DNA from: Mobula hypostoma
Lineage: Eukaryota
Assembly (NCBI RefSeq): GCF_963921235.1
Contig: NC_086118.1
Span: 16,804,001-16,868,000, forward strand
Direction: 5' to 3'
Length of the DNA: 64,000 nt
In this document: piece after piece, positions 11,771 through 24,085 of the stretch
Position numbering within the stretch: the first letter of the stretch is position 1
How the letters are laid out: the number at the start of each line of letters is the position of its first letter
Notes under the pieces: model-generated
What the model saw: only the letters and a program-made list of their open reading frames with translations
Databases searched by the model: none
Told to the model about the DNA's origin: nothing
Position numbers and translations under genes: made by a program

Positions 11771-13694
11771 TGTTTTCGGTGTGTGTGTATTTAATATACG
11801 ATTAATATTTGAGTAATGTTATATTTGTACAGTATATTGTCAGATTAGGCATTCTTTGTTTAAACGATGCATTGTGGGTTATATGTAAAAGTAAGAGAAT
11901 AGCAAAATGTCCTCACGCCACCACATGATACATGTGCACCTTGCTTAAGGTAAAAATGAAGCTATCCACACATTTCAGACTCTCTGTCTTTTCCTTTAAA
12001 TTAGTTTTATGTTTCAGAGTTACAAAACATAACAGCGGCAGCGAGAAAGTTTTGAACAAACCCAAGATGATTAGCTGCCTGTTGAAGCACAGCAAGATGT
12101 TCAAGTTTTTAAAAAAAAGCTCAGCGAGAAATGGTTGAATTAAAGAAAAAACACAGCTTGTTTTTTTTCTCTTCGGCACAGCATGTTTTCTTTGTAAAAG
12201 GACGGATGATCAAGTTAAAATGGAAGAATTCATGGGTTCATAAACAATGAGAACTGGATGATAAAAATCATTTTAAAAAAAGAACAGAATTGGCTGGCTA
12301 TATCAAACAGTAGACACACTTGATTGCTCAACGGGTATCTGGCTCTTGTATACTGGGCTCATTGAGCAGTATTTTGACGCAAATAAAAAAGCTAATGAGA
12401 AGCAAGTACCAATTTTGCTGACTATATTGGGTTTAAAGGCTTACAGTTTGCCTAGAAATTTGACTGCTTCGACCAAACCAGCCGAAGTGAGCTTTGCTGA
12501 TAATATGAAAGCAATGCAGGAACATTTTGAACCATAACCATTGTTAATTGCAGAATGCTTTAGGTTTCATTAGCGGAATCAAAAAGACAGGGAGTCCATT
12601 TCAGTGTACGTGGCTGAATTAAAGAGATTGTCTGAGCTTTGTCAGTTCAGTGATGAGCTTAGTGATGCACTAAGAGATCATTTAGGTTGTGGAATCATAG
12701 AAGAAAACATTCAAAAACAGCTCCTAACTGAAGCACAACTTTCATTTAGAAGAAGTTAAAATAGAGCAGCTGTAAGAAAAGAAACAGCAGACAGACACAA
12801 TTGAGTTGCAGTCAGGAATGAAAGTGATCGCAAACAAAAGTGCACCTCATTGAAGATCCATCCACCATTTGTATCCCATCCTCTGCAAAAGAGTCAATTG
12901 AAAATGAATTAAGAAAAGTACTGGATGATGCCACAACTGTGGCCATGTCAAACACTATGAACCATTGTCCAACAGAGAGCAAACAGGTGTTAGTGCCAAC
13001 CTCTGTCTTCGGTTGGAAAGCATATTGGACCAATGAAAGACCATGCTGCTCAGAAGAATCATAAATATGGCAAAGGCAATGTTCCCGATGCAGCAGTTTT
13101 TGTAGTTAACATAACTGAGGAAGCTTCTGATATGTTAATCAGGCAGTTACTTGTGAAATGCTGCTTGGTTTTAAGTTGGAAGAGAGATCAAGGAGCTTCA
13201 GGAAAGTTGCAAGCATTCAGCTTTTGTGAGTATAAAAAACCAGAATCTACTCCATGTGCATTAAGGTTATCGTATGAACTTCAAATGAGAAACAAAAAGT
13301 TGCCTATAAAAGTAGATGCAAAGACCAAGGCCAAAAAGTAAGGAGACAATGGAGATTCGAAAACAGAGAATTCGTCTGATGATTTTGTAGATGATGAATC
13401 CATGAGATCGGATCATCAAGAGAACAATCGAAGGATTAATAAGAGAATACTCCAGTGAACTAAGTGCAACTTCCCAAGATCAAGATGCACATCCTAGAAA
13501 GAAAAAACAAAGAAAAGAAAGAGGATGACATAAGTGCTATGGAAATGGAAGAGGGTAAACGAGACCTAATTTCTCAAGAAATTAGCAAATTCAGAGATAC
13601 TCACAAGAAATCAGAAGAAGAAAAAGAAAGATGCAAAAAGGAAAGACAAGAAGTTGAAAAGGAGGTAAGGAATAGTGAGAAAAAATGTGAGTGA
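11771..13694 (+). mobile_element. Non-autonomous Gypsy-type element B: 5' LTR, PBS-like site, gag remnant, captured RBM25 mRNA fragment; 3' end lost
   Basis: LTR-like block 11771-12034 (TG...ACATAACA), followed by gcggcagcgag (degenerate PBS). Gag remnant at about 12291-12830 (IEQYFDAN...EKQVPILLTILGLKAYSL.RNLTASTKPAE; AECFRFH*RNQKDRESISVYVAELKRLSELCQF). Confidence 0.8.
12987..13694 (+). pseudogene. RBM25: Processed RBM25 fragment (RRM plus start of the RE-rich region) with frameshifts and a stop
   Basis: VFVVNITEEASDMLIRQLLVKCCLVLSWKRDQGASGKLQAFSFCEYKKPEST..ALRL...IKVDAKTKA and DISAMEMEEGKRDLISQEISKFRDTHKKSEEEK match recalled RBM25 (VFVGNISEKASDMLIRQLLAKCGLVLSWKRVQGASGKLQAFGFCEYKEPESTLRALRL; EDINAIEMEEDKRDLISREISKFRDTHKKLEEEK). 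The match is contiguous with no introns. Confidence 0.92.
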
Positions 13695-13736
13695 AGAGGG
13701 AAGGGGCAGAGGCCCTATAAAGAAGGTGGGGGGTCT

Positions 13737-13870
13737 TCAGTCCTGACGAAGGGTTCCGGCCCGAAACACTGACTGATCGTTTCCATGGATGCTGCCCGAC
13801 CTGCTGAGTTCCTCCAGCGTGTTGTGAGTATTGCTTTGACCCCAGCATCCGCAGAGTATTTTGTGTTTCA
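13737..13870 (+). mobile_element. Short Penelope pLTR fragment with degenerate hammerhead motif
   Basis: cagtc-ctgacga-agggttccggccc-gaaac-act-gactg followed by the gatgctgcc..acctgctgagttcctccagc pLTR tail. The cleavage triplet is mutated. Confidence 0.75.
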
Positions 13871-14053
13871 CTAGTTACGCCTGCTCCAGCTGGTCCCTTT
13901 ACTCTTTCTTCAAGGCAATCTAAGATATCCCCCCCATCCCAATGTGAATCAGGAAATCACCTGTGGAAAGCAAAGAGTCACCAGAAGGTAACCTGAAGGT
14001 ACATTAACAACATACTGTGCAATAGGTACATGGATAGGAAAGGTTTAGAAGTA

Positions 14054-14832
14054 CAGTTGATACTGGTTAATTGGGACACATCAGGACCAGAATATTTTGG
14101 CCCAATTAAGCATCTTCCCTAAAAGCCAAAGTTTTATGGAAATTGTTAAACAGGTATAAAAAGATAAACTACTATTTAAATGAGTAACAAAATATGTATT
14201 CAAATGAAATACAGTGAAAATCAGGACATACCAACGCTAATCCAATACTACAGTATAAGACTGTGTATTAGCTCCTAATTGTTATCAGTGGGGGAATTCA
14301 AAACGTGTACATAGCCATGTTCTTTTGAACAAAAATCAGTTCTTTTGAGCAAAAATCAGCTCAGACACCTAGTGCAGATAGTAGACTGCCTTTATACAAT
14401 CTTTTCAACAATTGCATCTTCCAAATCTTCATTTTCATTGTAACATTCAGGATGATAGTCAATAACTTCAAATTCTTCATAGTTCCGAATGTTGAAGTGG
14501 TGAAATTATTTCGTTCTCACTTCTGGCCATTTCTGGCATCTCCAAGCCTGAATGAGTCACTGCTTTTTGAATACAAATACACACAATTGATACTATTTGA
14601 AAACTGTTTGCTCTAAGCACAGTGTAGTGTCTAACGGCCACACGATGTGCACGCGACTGCTGCTGGCTAGAATGTTCGGCAACAGTCTCCTGTCCCAATT
14701 AAATGGCATAGCATCTCAAGTAAAAAAATGGGAATCCCGGCTATTTTCTCAATGAGTGTTTATTTTTTAAGAGATGTCCCAAATATGTGGCTGCCACGAT
14801 TAATCGATGGCCCAATTAACCGGAATCCACTG
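14054..14832. mobile_element. Non-autonomous Tc1/mariner (Tigger-like) MITE
   Basis: Imperfect TIRs cagttgatactggttaattgggacacatc / gatggcccaattaaccggaatccactg, TA at the left end. It interrupts a CR1-type tail (ggataggaaaggtttagaag | tacaggccaaatgtggg). Confidence 0.7.
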
Positions 14833-16744
14833 CATACAGGCCAAATGTGGGAAAATGGGACCGTCTCCTGCTGTATCACTTTATGACTTTAGGTGCTTTG
14901 GGGAAAAGAACCACTCCCAACAGGAAAGCAGCTGTAAGCAATGAGATTTTGGTGTTTAATTTCCAGTTTCACCCAGCCCCTCAATTTCCACTGAGCAAAT
15001 GGCAGCTTGCTGTGATAATTTGAGCCACCTGAAGCACTCTGGCTCTAACCGGACAAGGAAACACAACTTCAAATTGCAAGGAGTACTTCCTGCACCTTTC
15101 TGCTCCTGCCTGTCTCAACTGTCCAGCTGCAAGTCTCTGAATAGCAGACTGCAACTGTTCTGTTCTTGCAGCTGTTGCTCCAGTTGCTCAGCAGCTTGGC
15201 AAGTTTTGGTAAATCTTGGAAACCTTTGCAGCATTAAAAGTTAATCAAATGATTAGTGTGTGTTAAAACCCAGCTTTCCTCTCCCAAGGGATGGGCACAA
15301 ACTATCTAATATGTTCTGAGTTAAAAGGATAAAGCAAAGATCTGGGTAAGGCATCGGGGTGGGCTTCCTGGCATGCCTGCATGTCTGCTGTATGTACTGA
15401 CACAAGTACAACTCTTCCGCACACTTGAACAAAGCTTCTCCTTCAGTTTAAAACACCTCCCTTAGCTTCTTTAAAATGTTACGTCCTTTTACCGATCAGC
15501 ATCACAATCTGGACACCGGTGAAATGAAACGGTTGTTCTTTTCGAGCCGAATTACTATAAATCATAGTATGTGGAAATTTGAGAGGTTTCTTGATCAATG
15601 TGGCATTTTAACTGACCCTCTGAACTTCCTTGTTCCAAAAATGTCATTTGTAATCCATAATAAAAGGCTCATCCTGCTAATGGTCCCATCTTATCATGTA
15701 TTATCTTGCAGAAGTAGCACATCTATAGTGCAAAGAGCAATAATTATGCTATAGGACATACATAACATAGAATGCTAGAACAGTGAGCTCTATAAATGGT
15801 TACCCTGTTACACTGTAAATCAAATTGGTTCCACACCACACCATTAAACATTTGACAAGAGTCTAGATAATGTCATTTTTCTTCATCAGCCTTTCAGCTG
15901 GAGGAAATAAAATGAAAATTATACTCTCAAACATCAGAACAATACACAGACTCAGACTCAATTTAACCCGTTAACCTTTCTATTAAAAAAAAAGTCATTA
16001 AATCTCTGAAAGCAGACTCAAAGCACTGGGCCAACCAGGCAGAAGTAATAAAACAGATTTTGCTAACTTCAGTAGAATGAGTTCTAATACCATAACAGTG
16101 CATGACGTACATTCATTTATAACTTTTATAGGGTGCTCCAGTCCACATTTATTTAGAAAAATGACAAGGTAAATGAATGATCAAACAAACAGTATTCTTT
16201 CTGCAGGCTTCAGATGCATTAAAATAGCTAATACTCTGTCATGCATCATACTTGGTAATATCTCTGACAGGTTCATTTCACTTGATATATTTTTGCCTAA
16301 AAAAAAAGAGTTCATGTTATTTTCTCCACTGCAACATCAAGCATGCAATACAATGCAAAGTAACTCAAGCAGGTCATTCAAACTAGTGTGGCCATGGCCT
16401 AACCTAGAAAGTGTTCAAGAACCTGGTGTTTAGTAATCCATTTGATAAAGCAAATGTTCAGGAGATTTGACTGTATAGCTTCATGTTTAACTGATTTTCT
16501 TCATTATGTTATTTCTTCCGGCTGGCAGCCCAGAAGAACGTTGTCAAAACGGACATTCTTCATACATCTGTCTAGGCTCTGTATGTGTGTGTGTGTGCAT
16601 GTGTGGGTGTATTTGTGTGTGTAAGTGTGCATGTTAACTGTGGAACTTGGCACTGGGGAAATTAAGATCCTCACATTGATACACATTCTAACAGCTCTTG
16701 GGACTGAAATCAAACATAGGTACACTGGCCAATATTTCCTTCCT

Positions 16745-17720
16745 GTAACTGGTGCTTATTGAGACCAGCTGCAGTGTTCCTTGGAGAAAGGAACATAGTC
16801 AACATGTCAGGCCAAAGTACCTTGAACTGAACTGGAGAGCGAGGGGACAAGTGTGCCACTGGAAGGGGAAGGGGCAGAATATCTGCGATAAGCTGTGGGC
16901 CGAAGACCAAGCTCTATGTACTTTAAGTACCAGCTGTTTGAGACTGAAAGGAATCAGAGGGAAAACTAAAACTGACAAATCCAGCAAATAATGTGAAGAG
17001 GGAAAAATGATGGTTACCTGAAATGTTGAGTTTAATACTGAATCTGAAAGATAATGTGCTGTTCCTTGATCTTAACTTGGATATTCTTGGAAAAGTGCAG
17101 GAAGCTAATGACAGAGGTTGCAGAAGAATTGGGGTTGAAAATCAAATTCACAAGCTCACATTTCACCCTTTCAAGCTGAACAAAGGTGTCCTTTCCAATG
17201 TAAAAGAAACCACTTTGTGAATACTGAGTACGTGCACCTGAACCTTTGTTTTATTTGAAAGAATGGTTTGGATACCTGGAGAAATGGAATCACAGCTGCT
17301 GCATCTCCTATGGTTAGACTGAAAAGGTGAAGACGAATCTATGGTGGAGATGTACCGCAGAATCACAGAGGGAGCGGTGGCAGATTCCTGTTGAAGGCAA
17401 TGGAAATGTTGAGTATACTCTTTTGAATAGATAGGTTGATGGGGTGGAAAGAGCAGCAAATCATCTTCCATCTGCAGCCTGGGAACACAGTTCTCAACTT
17501 AACAATTTCAGGTAACTGGCAATTATTTTCCCTTCATAGATGTTATTTAATATTTCAGTTTCAATTAGTTCTTTCACTTCTTTATTCATCTGCCTCATAC
17601 TGCTGGTATTTAAACTAATAATCACACAACATCCAACCACAGTTACTCAACCTGTTGAACGTGTTTGCATTTTCTAATTTTGCCCCAAATTTCCAGCATC
17701 TGCAGTGTTTTATTTCTATT
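16745..17720. mobile_element. Very old Penelope-like remnant with opposed orientations
   Basis: Weak similarity to the GIY-YIG end and pLTR (gagcagcaaatcatcttccatctg; atttccagcatctgcag). Confidence 0.4.
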
Positions 17721-18697
17721 CTATCATTCCACAACCCATTGCCCAGAACTACTTGGCAAGCAATGAAACGCTAGGAATTTCTGGTAATAAACTTGTTAAT
17801 ATTAAAGGTTTATACTTCAAGGATTGATAACAGAACCAGAGTAAAATATGTTAGACTTATACACATATTTACAATAAAATAAATATAAACCAGAAACAAC
17901 AGTCATGTAAGAGCAGGAAACTGGAAAGAATCCACTTTTCAATCGGGAGGTTCAGACACAGTCACGATTGTGATCACCATCTATATATATATTTGATATC
18001 TTGTCAGGCTTTAAGAGAAACTTTATACATTTCCTTCTTAGGTCAGTGAAATTACATCAGCTTTATACGTTCATTTTTTGGGGAATTTGGGCATCTCCAA
18101 GAAGGCCTGCATTTATTGTCCATCACTGAATATTCTTAGAAAGGAAGTGGTCAATAACTTTGAATCATTGCAGTCCTTCTGGTGAAGGCATTGCCAACTG
18201 TTGTTGGGTGGACAGCTCCAGAGTTTTGGTCCATATAGGTGTGGCTGCTCTATTTGCTGAGGTGTAACAAATAAAATTGGATATTGTGTAATCATCAGTG
18301 ATTTGTTGCTTCTGACATTGCAAATGAACAATTTCCAATTATGCAGCTGAAGCTTTCTGGGACTGGGGAATGGCCCTGCAGAACCCCTGCAGTGATGTGA
18401 TGTTCTGGGGCTAGGATAACTGAGCTGCACATATCATCACCATCATCCTGATGACTCCAACATTACCCCCAAAGATTCCCAGCTTCCAGGTCATGCCATC
18501 TACTCATAGTTACCACCCAGCAGGATGCACAGAAGCCAAAGGTTCCACACCAGCAGGTTCAAGAGCAGTTACTTCCATTTAACTATTTTGTTCTTGAACA
18601 AACCTGCCAAACCTGAATAAAATACCTCAGTGTTCTTTCTTGGAAAAACTGTGTATAATTTAGATATACTGTAATATATTTGAAAATAATTTAGATA

Positions 18698-18830
18698 TCC
18701 TGATGAAGGGTCTTGGTCCAAAATGCCAACTGTTTATTCCTCTCCATACGTGCTGCCTGACCTGCTGAGTTCCTCCAGCATTTTGTGTATATTACTCCAG
18801 ATTCCCAGCATCTGCAGAATCTCTTGTGTT
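18698..18830 (+). mobile_element. Short Penelope pLTR fragment with degenerate hammerhead
   Basis: cctgatgaagggtcttggtccaaaatgccaactg followed by the pLTR tail. Confidence 0.7.
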
Positions 18831-19174
18831 TTCGATATAATTTATGTTTTCTATCTTGTGAATGCTGCTAATCTATTACTGTGTGCCTGAGATGCTTCAA
18901 GTAAGTTTTTCTTTGCATCTGTGCACACATACAATAAATTTTGTCCTCTGTTTTCCCTTTATGCTCAAAGTCTTCAGCTTTGCCAGGGTTCAGTGATACC
19001 ACACCTGGTCAAATGTTACCTCAATGAATATGAAATTAAGCTTTCTCATCAATAATTCAATCCAGATGGTGATGAAATTTGCATGGTCTTGACAAAACCC
19101 AAACTGAACAACGGCGACCAGATGTCACTTGATGCTACTGTCATTAACAACTTTCATCACTTTGCTGACAAGAC

Positions 19175-19535
19175 CACGAGACATAGGAGCAGGATTAGGC
19201 TATTTGTCCCATTGAGTCTGCTCTGCCATTTCATCACAGCTGACTTACTATCCCTCTCAACACCATTTCAGCATTCTCTCTGAAACTTTCAACGCTCTTA
19301 TCAATCAAAAACTTATCAACTTCTGCTTTAAATATACCCAACAACTTGGCTTCTGCAGCTGTCAATGGCAATGAATTCAACAGATTCAAAACTTGCTGGC
19401 TAAAGAAATTCCACCTCATCTCAAGTGACGCCTTTGTATACTGTGCCATCTGGTCCTAGACCCCTCACTACAGGAAACATCCTCTCCACATCCACTCTAT
19501 CTTGGCGTATCAATATTCAATAGGATTCAATAAGA
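19175..19535 (-). mobile_element. CR1-like LINE 3' end
   Basis: Minus ORF RWNFFSQQVLNLLNSLP...IFKAEVDKFLI plus a CR1 tail. Confidence 0.75.
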
Positions 19536-21929
19536 CAATTCACATTGGACCGACTGAGCAGCATGAAGTTAGACTAAATTCATTTTGCCTCCTCTGGAGC
19601 TTTGTTCGGCAGCTACCAGTGGTGTGCCTAGATCCACGGCTGTTTCTGAAACTCAAGACTAAAACCAGAATGTTTTCCACTCCCGAAGCTTCTACTACAT
19701 CCAATAGCCCTTGCTGTTTCTTGTTATCATGCAGGCTGAATTGAATTGGATGAAGATGAGCGTTACGATACGTACCCAACTGTGCCAGCTTCCGGAATTT
19801 CAACGCTCATACTCTCCAGAGTATGGATAGCTGGCACGACCCCTTTAAGGATTTACAGCTGTCCTGCTAATTGGCTCCCATATTTTGGCACCAGTATTTA
19901 AGAAGCACCTGAATGGGGGTTCAGTGCTCAACCGTAAGCTCAGTTTGGGTTATCGTCTAGCGTCTTGTTTGGTGCTCAGTTCTCGTTTCAGTCTTGATCC
20001 TAGCCTCAGATACTCCCCCACTTGGGACCAACCATCGTCGTCAAGGTTTCTTGTCACAATGAATTTCTATTATGGTGAGATTCTCAGGAGGAAACCAAGA
20101 AGAATCATCCACTGGCTGCTTCTGGATGTAGATGGGTTGAAATTGATTTTATGTAAACTCATTTTAACAGATGTTGAGGAAAAAAAGCACGATTCTCAAC
20201 CTCACTCTAATTTAACAAGCTCCTTAAAAATGTAGTTTACTAGCCAAGCTTTTGTCCCCTGTGTCTTTGTTTGGCTTTGTATCAATATTTGCTCTACACA
20301 TTGCCTGAGTATTTCGCATCACATTCTAGTCGCTTTGAAAAAGCAAGATCATACTCTGACTTCAATAGTAGCTTCTGGATTTTGAGAGCAGGAACAGCAG
20401 ATGCAAGGCAACAAAGGGGAGTTTAAGAAAGGAAAGATACCATGATATTTCTGGGATATGACATTTATTTTGTATTATCATTTTAATCTCAGCAGCACAT
20501 GCCTGAATGCCTCAGTGTGACAGCTACGGTATGCAAACATTTGTCTAATAATAAGAGCCTATACTTTGGGATAATGAGAGCAGTAAATTACAAAGTAATA
20601 CTTTCACAGCCACCACTTTACAGATATTTTTGTGTTTCCTTCATCCAAGAAGATGGGGCATTGTTTGACTGCAGGGTGTGAACAAACAGGCTGCATTTCT
20701 TTACCTGATATTTTCCCAAATACAAAGGGCAATCAAAATCTGAGAATATTATCACAAAAAGACCGCATGATATATTCCAAAATACAAAAGGAATTTAAAT
20801 AACCAGCTCATAAAACCCTATTCAAACACCAATTTTAAACAGTAAATTGGGTGATTAAGTGTATATTAACCAAAGGCACTTTGCTTCAAATTACATCTGC
20901 TGATAGGAACTGTCAGCACTCAGCTATATGATCGGCCATTAAGTCTGGGACATGCACTCACTCACCCTTCTGTAAGCTGCTCTGTTGGACTCAGCAGACA
21001 AGAAGGCCCTGGCTTGCTGGGATTCCCCACGATTGGGCTGAGGAAATCCGCTTTCACATACTGCACCACGTAAAACCTAACAGACTTGGTAAGTTCTCCC
21101 TGTGGCTTCACAGATTTCCCCCAGGTGCCTTTGTATGCTTTCATATTCCAACAAAAAAAATGTGCAGTTTAATTGGGCATTGTAAGTCACCTGTGGTGGT
21201 AGAATAAAGGAATGGAATTGATGCCCATGTGGGGAGAACAAGGCTTGTTCGGGTGGCATGAGTGTAAACATGGATGCTTGATTGTTGGTATGGACTCGGT
21301 GGGCTGAGGAACCTGTTTCTGAACTTGGTATTCACCCATTCCCACAAGTAGCCAAGCGGGCAGCCATGGCTTCTGAAGTCCAACTGGTATATTCACCACG
21401 ATTTTTTCAGTCCCTTCAATTGCTGTTATTCTCATTTTGCTCTCTTTAGCAAATTCCAGGCAACCAGAAAATCCCAAAATCCTCAAATTAACATTGAAAA
21501 TCCACAACAGCATCACTGATTAACAATGTCTTACATGAAATCCTGTGGTAACCAAAGTGGTTACTCAAACACAACCTAACACACTGTAGTGAAAGGCAGG
21601 GCGGAGCCATATTCCCAACATTATGTGAAAATTAGACCCCAAATCATGTGAATTTTCTGCTAGAAATTCAAGCACAGTGCCTTGTACAAATTAGACCACT
21701 TAGTTCAAAAAAAGAAACATGTAATTAAGTTATAGATTCTATGAAGTTATGTGTACCAGTTTTTACCCCAAACATTTCAGTTATGGGAAATGAACGGTTT
21801 CAAAACACACAAGAAAATGTATCAGAGAATGTTTCTGCACCCACAAAAAAATTCTTTTGGAGTCACTGAAAAGATTTCCAAACAAAATAACAAATACAAG
21901 TGAATACTGTAGAAAAAATAGATCAAGAC

Positions 21930-24085
21930 AAGGAACATCTGCACATGGCCAGGCAGCAGCTATGGAAACATGCAAACAGTCAACATTTTGGGCTGAGACC
22001 CTTCTTCCAGACTGGAAAGAAAGATGTGAAGTCAGCATAAGAAGGTGGTAGGTGATAGGTGAAACCAGGAGAGTGGGAGGGGGTGAAGTAAAGATTCAGA
22101 AGTTGATTGGTGAAAGAGGTAAAGGACTGGAAGAGGGGGAATCTGATAGAAGAGGACAGAAGACATAGAAGAAAGGAAAGGAGGAGGAACACCAGAGGGA
22201 GGTGATGGGCAAGTAAGGAGATAAGATGAGATAGGGAAACACGAATAGGGGATGGTGAAAGGGGTGGGATGACAATGTTCCCTCTAATTTTGAATGAGTG
22301 CGCGCAAAAATCCTGTGCTGCAATTTTTCTTTTGTCCAGTGACAACAACATGTGTGCACTGAATAATTTCTTCACTAAAAACAGTATAAATAAGCCAGTT
22401 CTAAAATCTGCAGACTAATCGTCACAAACTCCACGTTGTCAACACCATCCAGTCAGAAACCGGGAAAGAAAATGTGATTGTGTATGATCATGAAATATAG
22501 TTAACATGCCTATAAAGTCCAGGATGGCAACATTATGTGCGCAGTTTAAATTCCTTTGTGTGTGTTAGTAGCAAAAGGTGTGTGTGTGTGTGTGTGTGGG
22601 GGGGGGGGCGGGCGTGGTGGCACACAGAAGATGTTCAAGAAATCTATGTTCATGCCATTAGCTGGAGGCCGCCCAAATGGAATATAAGCATAAAATACTC
22701 TGCAGATGCTGGGGTCAAAGCAACACTCACAACACGCTGGAAGAACTCAGCAGGTCGGGCAGCATCCATGGAAACAATCAGTCAAGGTTTCGGGCCGGAA
22801 CCCTTCTATCCTGAAACATTGACTGATTGTTTCCATGGATGCTGCCTGACCTGCTGAGTTCCTCCAGCGTGTTGTGAGTGTTGCCAATGGAATATAAGTT
22901 GTTGTTTCTCCAATCTGCGTGTAGCCTTATTTCAGAAGTAGAGAAGGCTGTGGACTGACATGTCGAGATGGGAATGGGAAGTTGAATTGACATAGGTTTC
23001 TACCGGGAGATCACACTTTTTCTGGTAGTGTAGGTGCTTGGTGAAGCCGTCTCCCAATCTACGTAGGGACTCACCGATAAACAGAACGCCACACCGGGGG
23101 CACTGGATGTAGTAGATGATTCCAGCAGTCTCACAGGTGAGGTGCCGCCTCCCCGGAAGGACTGTTTGGAGCCCTGAATGGTAGTGAGAGAGGAGGTGTA
23201 AGGGCAGGTGTGGCACTTGTTCTGTTTGCAAAGATAAGTACCAGGAGGGAGGTCAGTGAGGAGGGCCGAGAGGACTAGTGAGTCGTGTAGGGTGCAACCC
23301 TTGTGGAAAGTGGAAACTGGGGGGTGGGGTAGGGAAAGATGAGTCACACCCACCCCTACACCTCCTCCCTCACTAACATTCAACGCCCCAAGCACAGTCT
23401 TTCCAGGAGAAACCTGGTGCTCCTGGTATGGCCTCCTGTATATCAGTGAGACCCGACGCAGATTGGGAGACTTCGCTGGGCATGATTGTTCCATCTGTCA
23501 GAAAAAGTGGAATCTCCTGGTAGGCACCCATTTCAACTCTGCTTCCCATTCTGATATGTCAGTCTATAGCCTCCTCTATTGCTGCGATAATGCCACACTC
23601 AGGTTAGAGGAACATCATCTTATATTCCATCTGGGTAGCCTCCAACCAGATAGCATGAACATCGACTTCTCTAACTTCCTGTATTTGCCCACCCTCCTCG
23701 CCTTCATCATTCCCCATCCCTGTTTCTCTCTCTCACCTCATCTCCTTACCTGCCCATCACCTTCTCCTTTCCTTTCCTCCACGGTCTTCTACCCTCTCCA
23801 ATCAGAGTCTCCCTCCTCCAGCCCTTTATCTCTTTCACCAGTCAACTTCCTATCTCCTTACTTTACCCCTTGCCCCTCTTCTGGTTTCAGCGATCACTAC
23901 TTCTTCCGCCCCTCCCCCACCATCTTAGATTAACCTAATTTTTCTTTCCAGTCCTGATGAAGGGTCTCGGCCCAAAAAATGGACTATTTACTCTTTTCCA
24001 TAATGCTGCCTGGCCTGTTGAGTTCTTCCAGCCTTCGGATTTGCTTTGGATTTGCAGCATCTGCAGATTTTCTTATGTTTGTGAA
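21930..24085. mobile_element. Older Penelope-like element with inverted arrangement (minus part about 21930-23340, plus part about 23345-24085), carrying nested insertions
   Basis: GIY-YIG remnants (IIYYIQCPRCGVLFIGESLRRLGDGF on minus; THFNS...LRLEEHHLIFHLGSLQPDSMNIDFSNF on plus). pLTRs with hammerhead remnants at both outer ends. Interrupted near 22272 by a caatgttccctct-ended DNA-element piece and at 22689-22885 by a fold-back mini-element. Confidence 0.8.
22689..22885. mobile_element. Fold-back mini-element made only of inverted Penelope pLTR ends, 13-bp TSD
   Basis: About 72-bp inverted arms at 22720-22791 and 22813-22884. TSD aatggaatataag at 22676-22688 and 22886-22898. Confidence 0.85.

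Noticed and set aside
13033..13694. The functional RBM25 gene
   Set aside because: No introns, frameshifts, an internal stop, substitutions in RRM residues, and it lies directly after gag.
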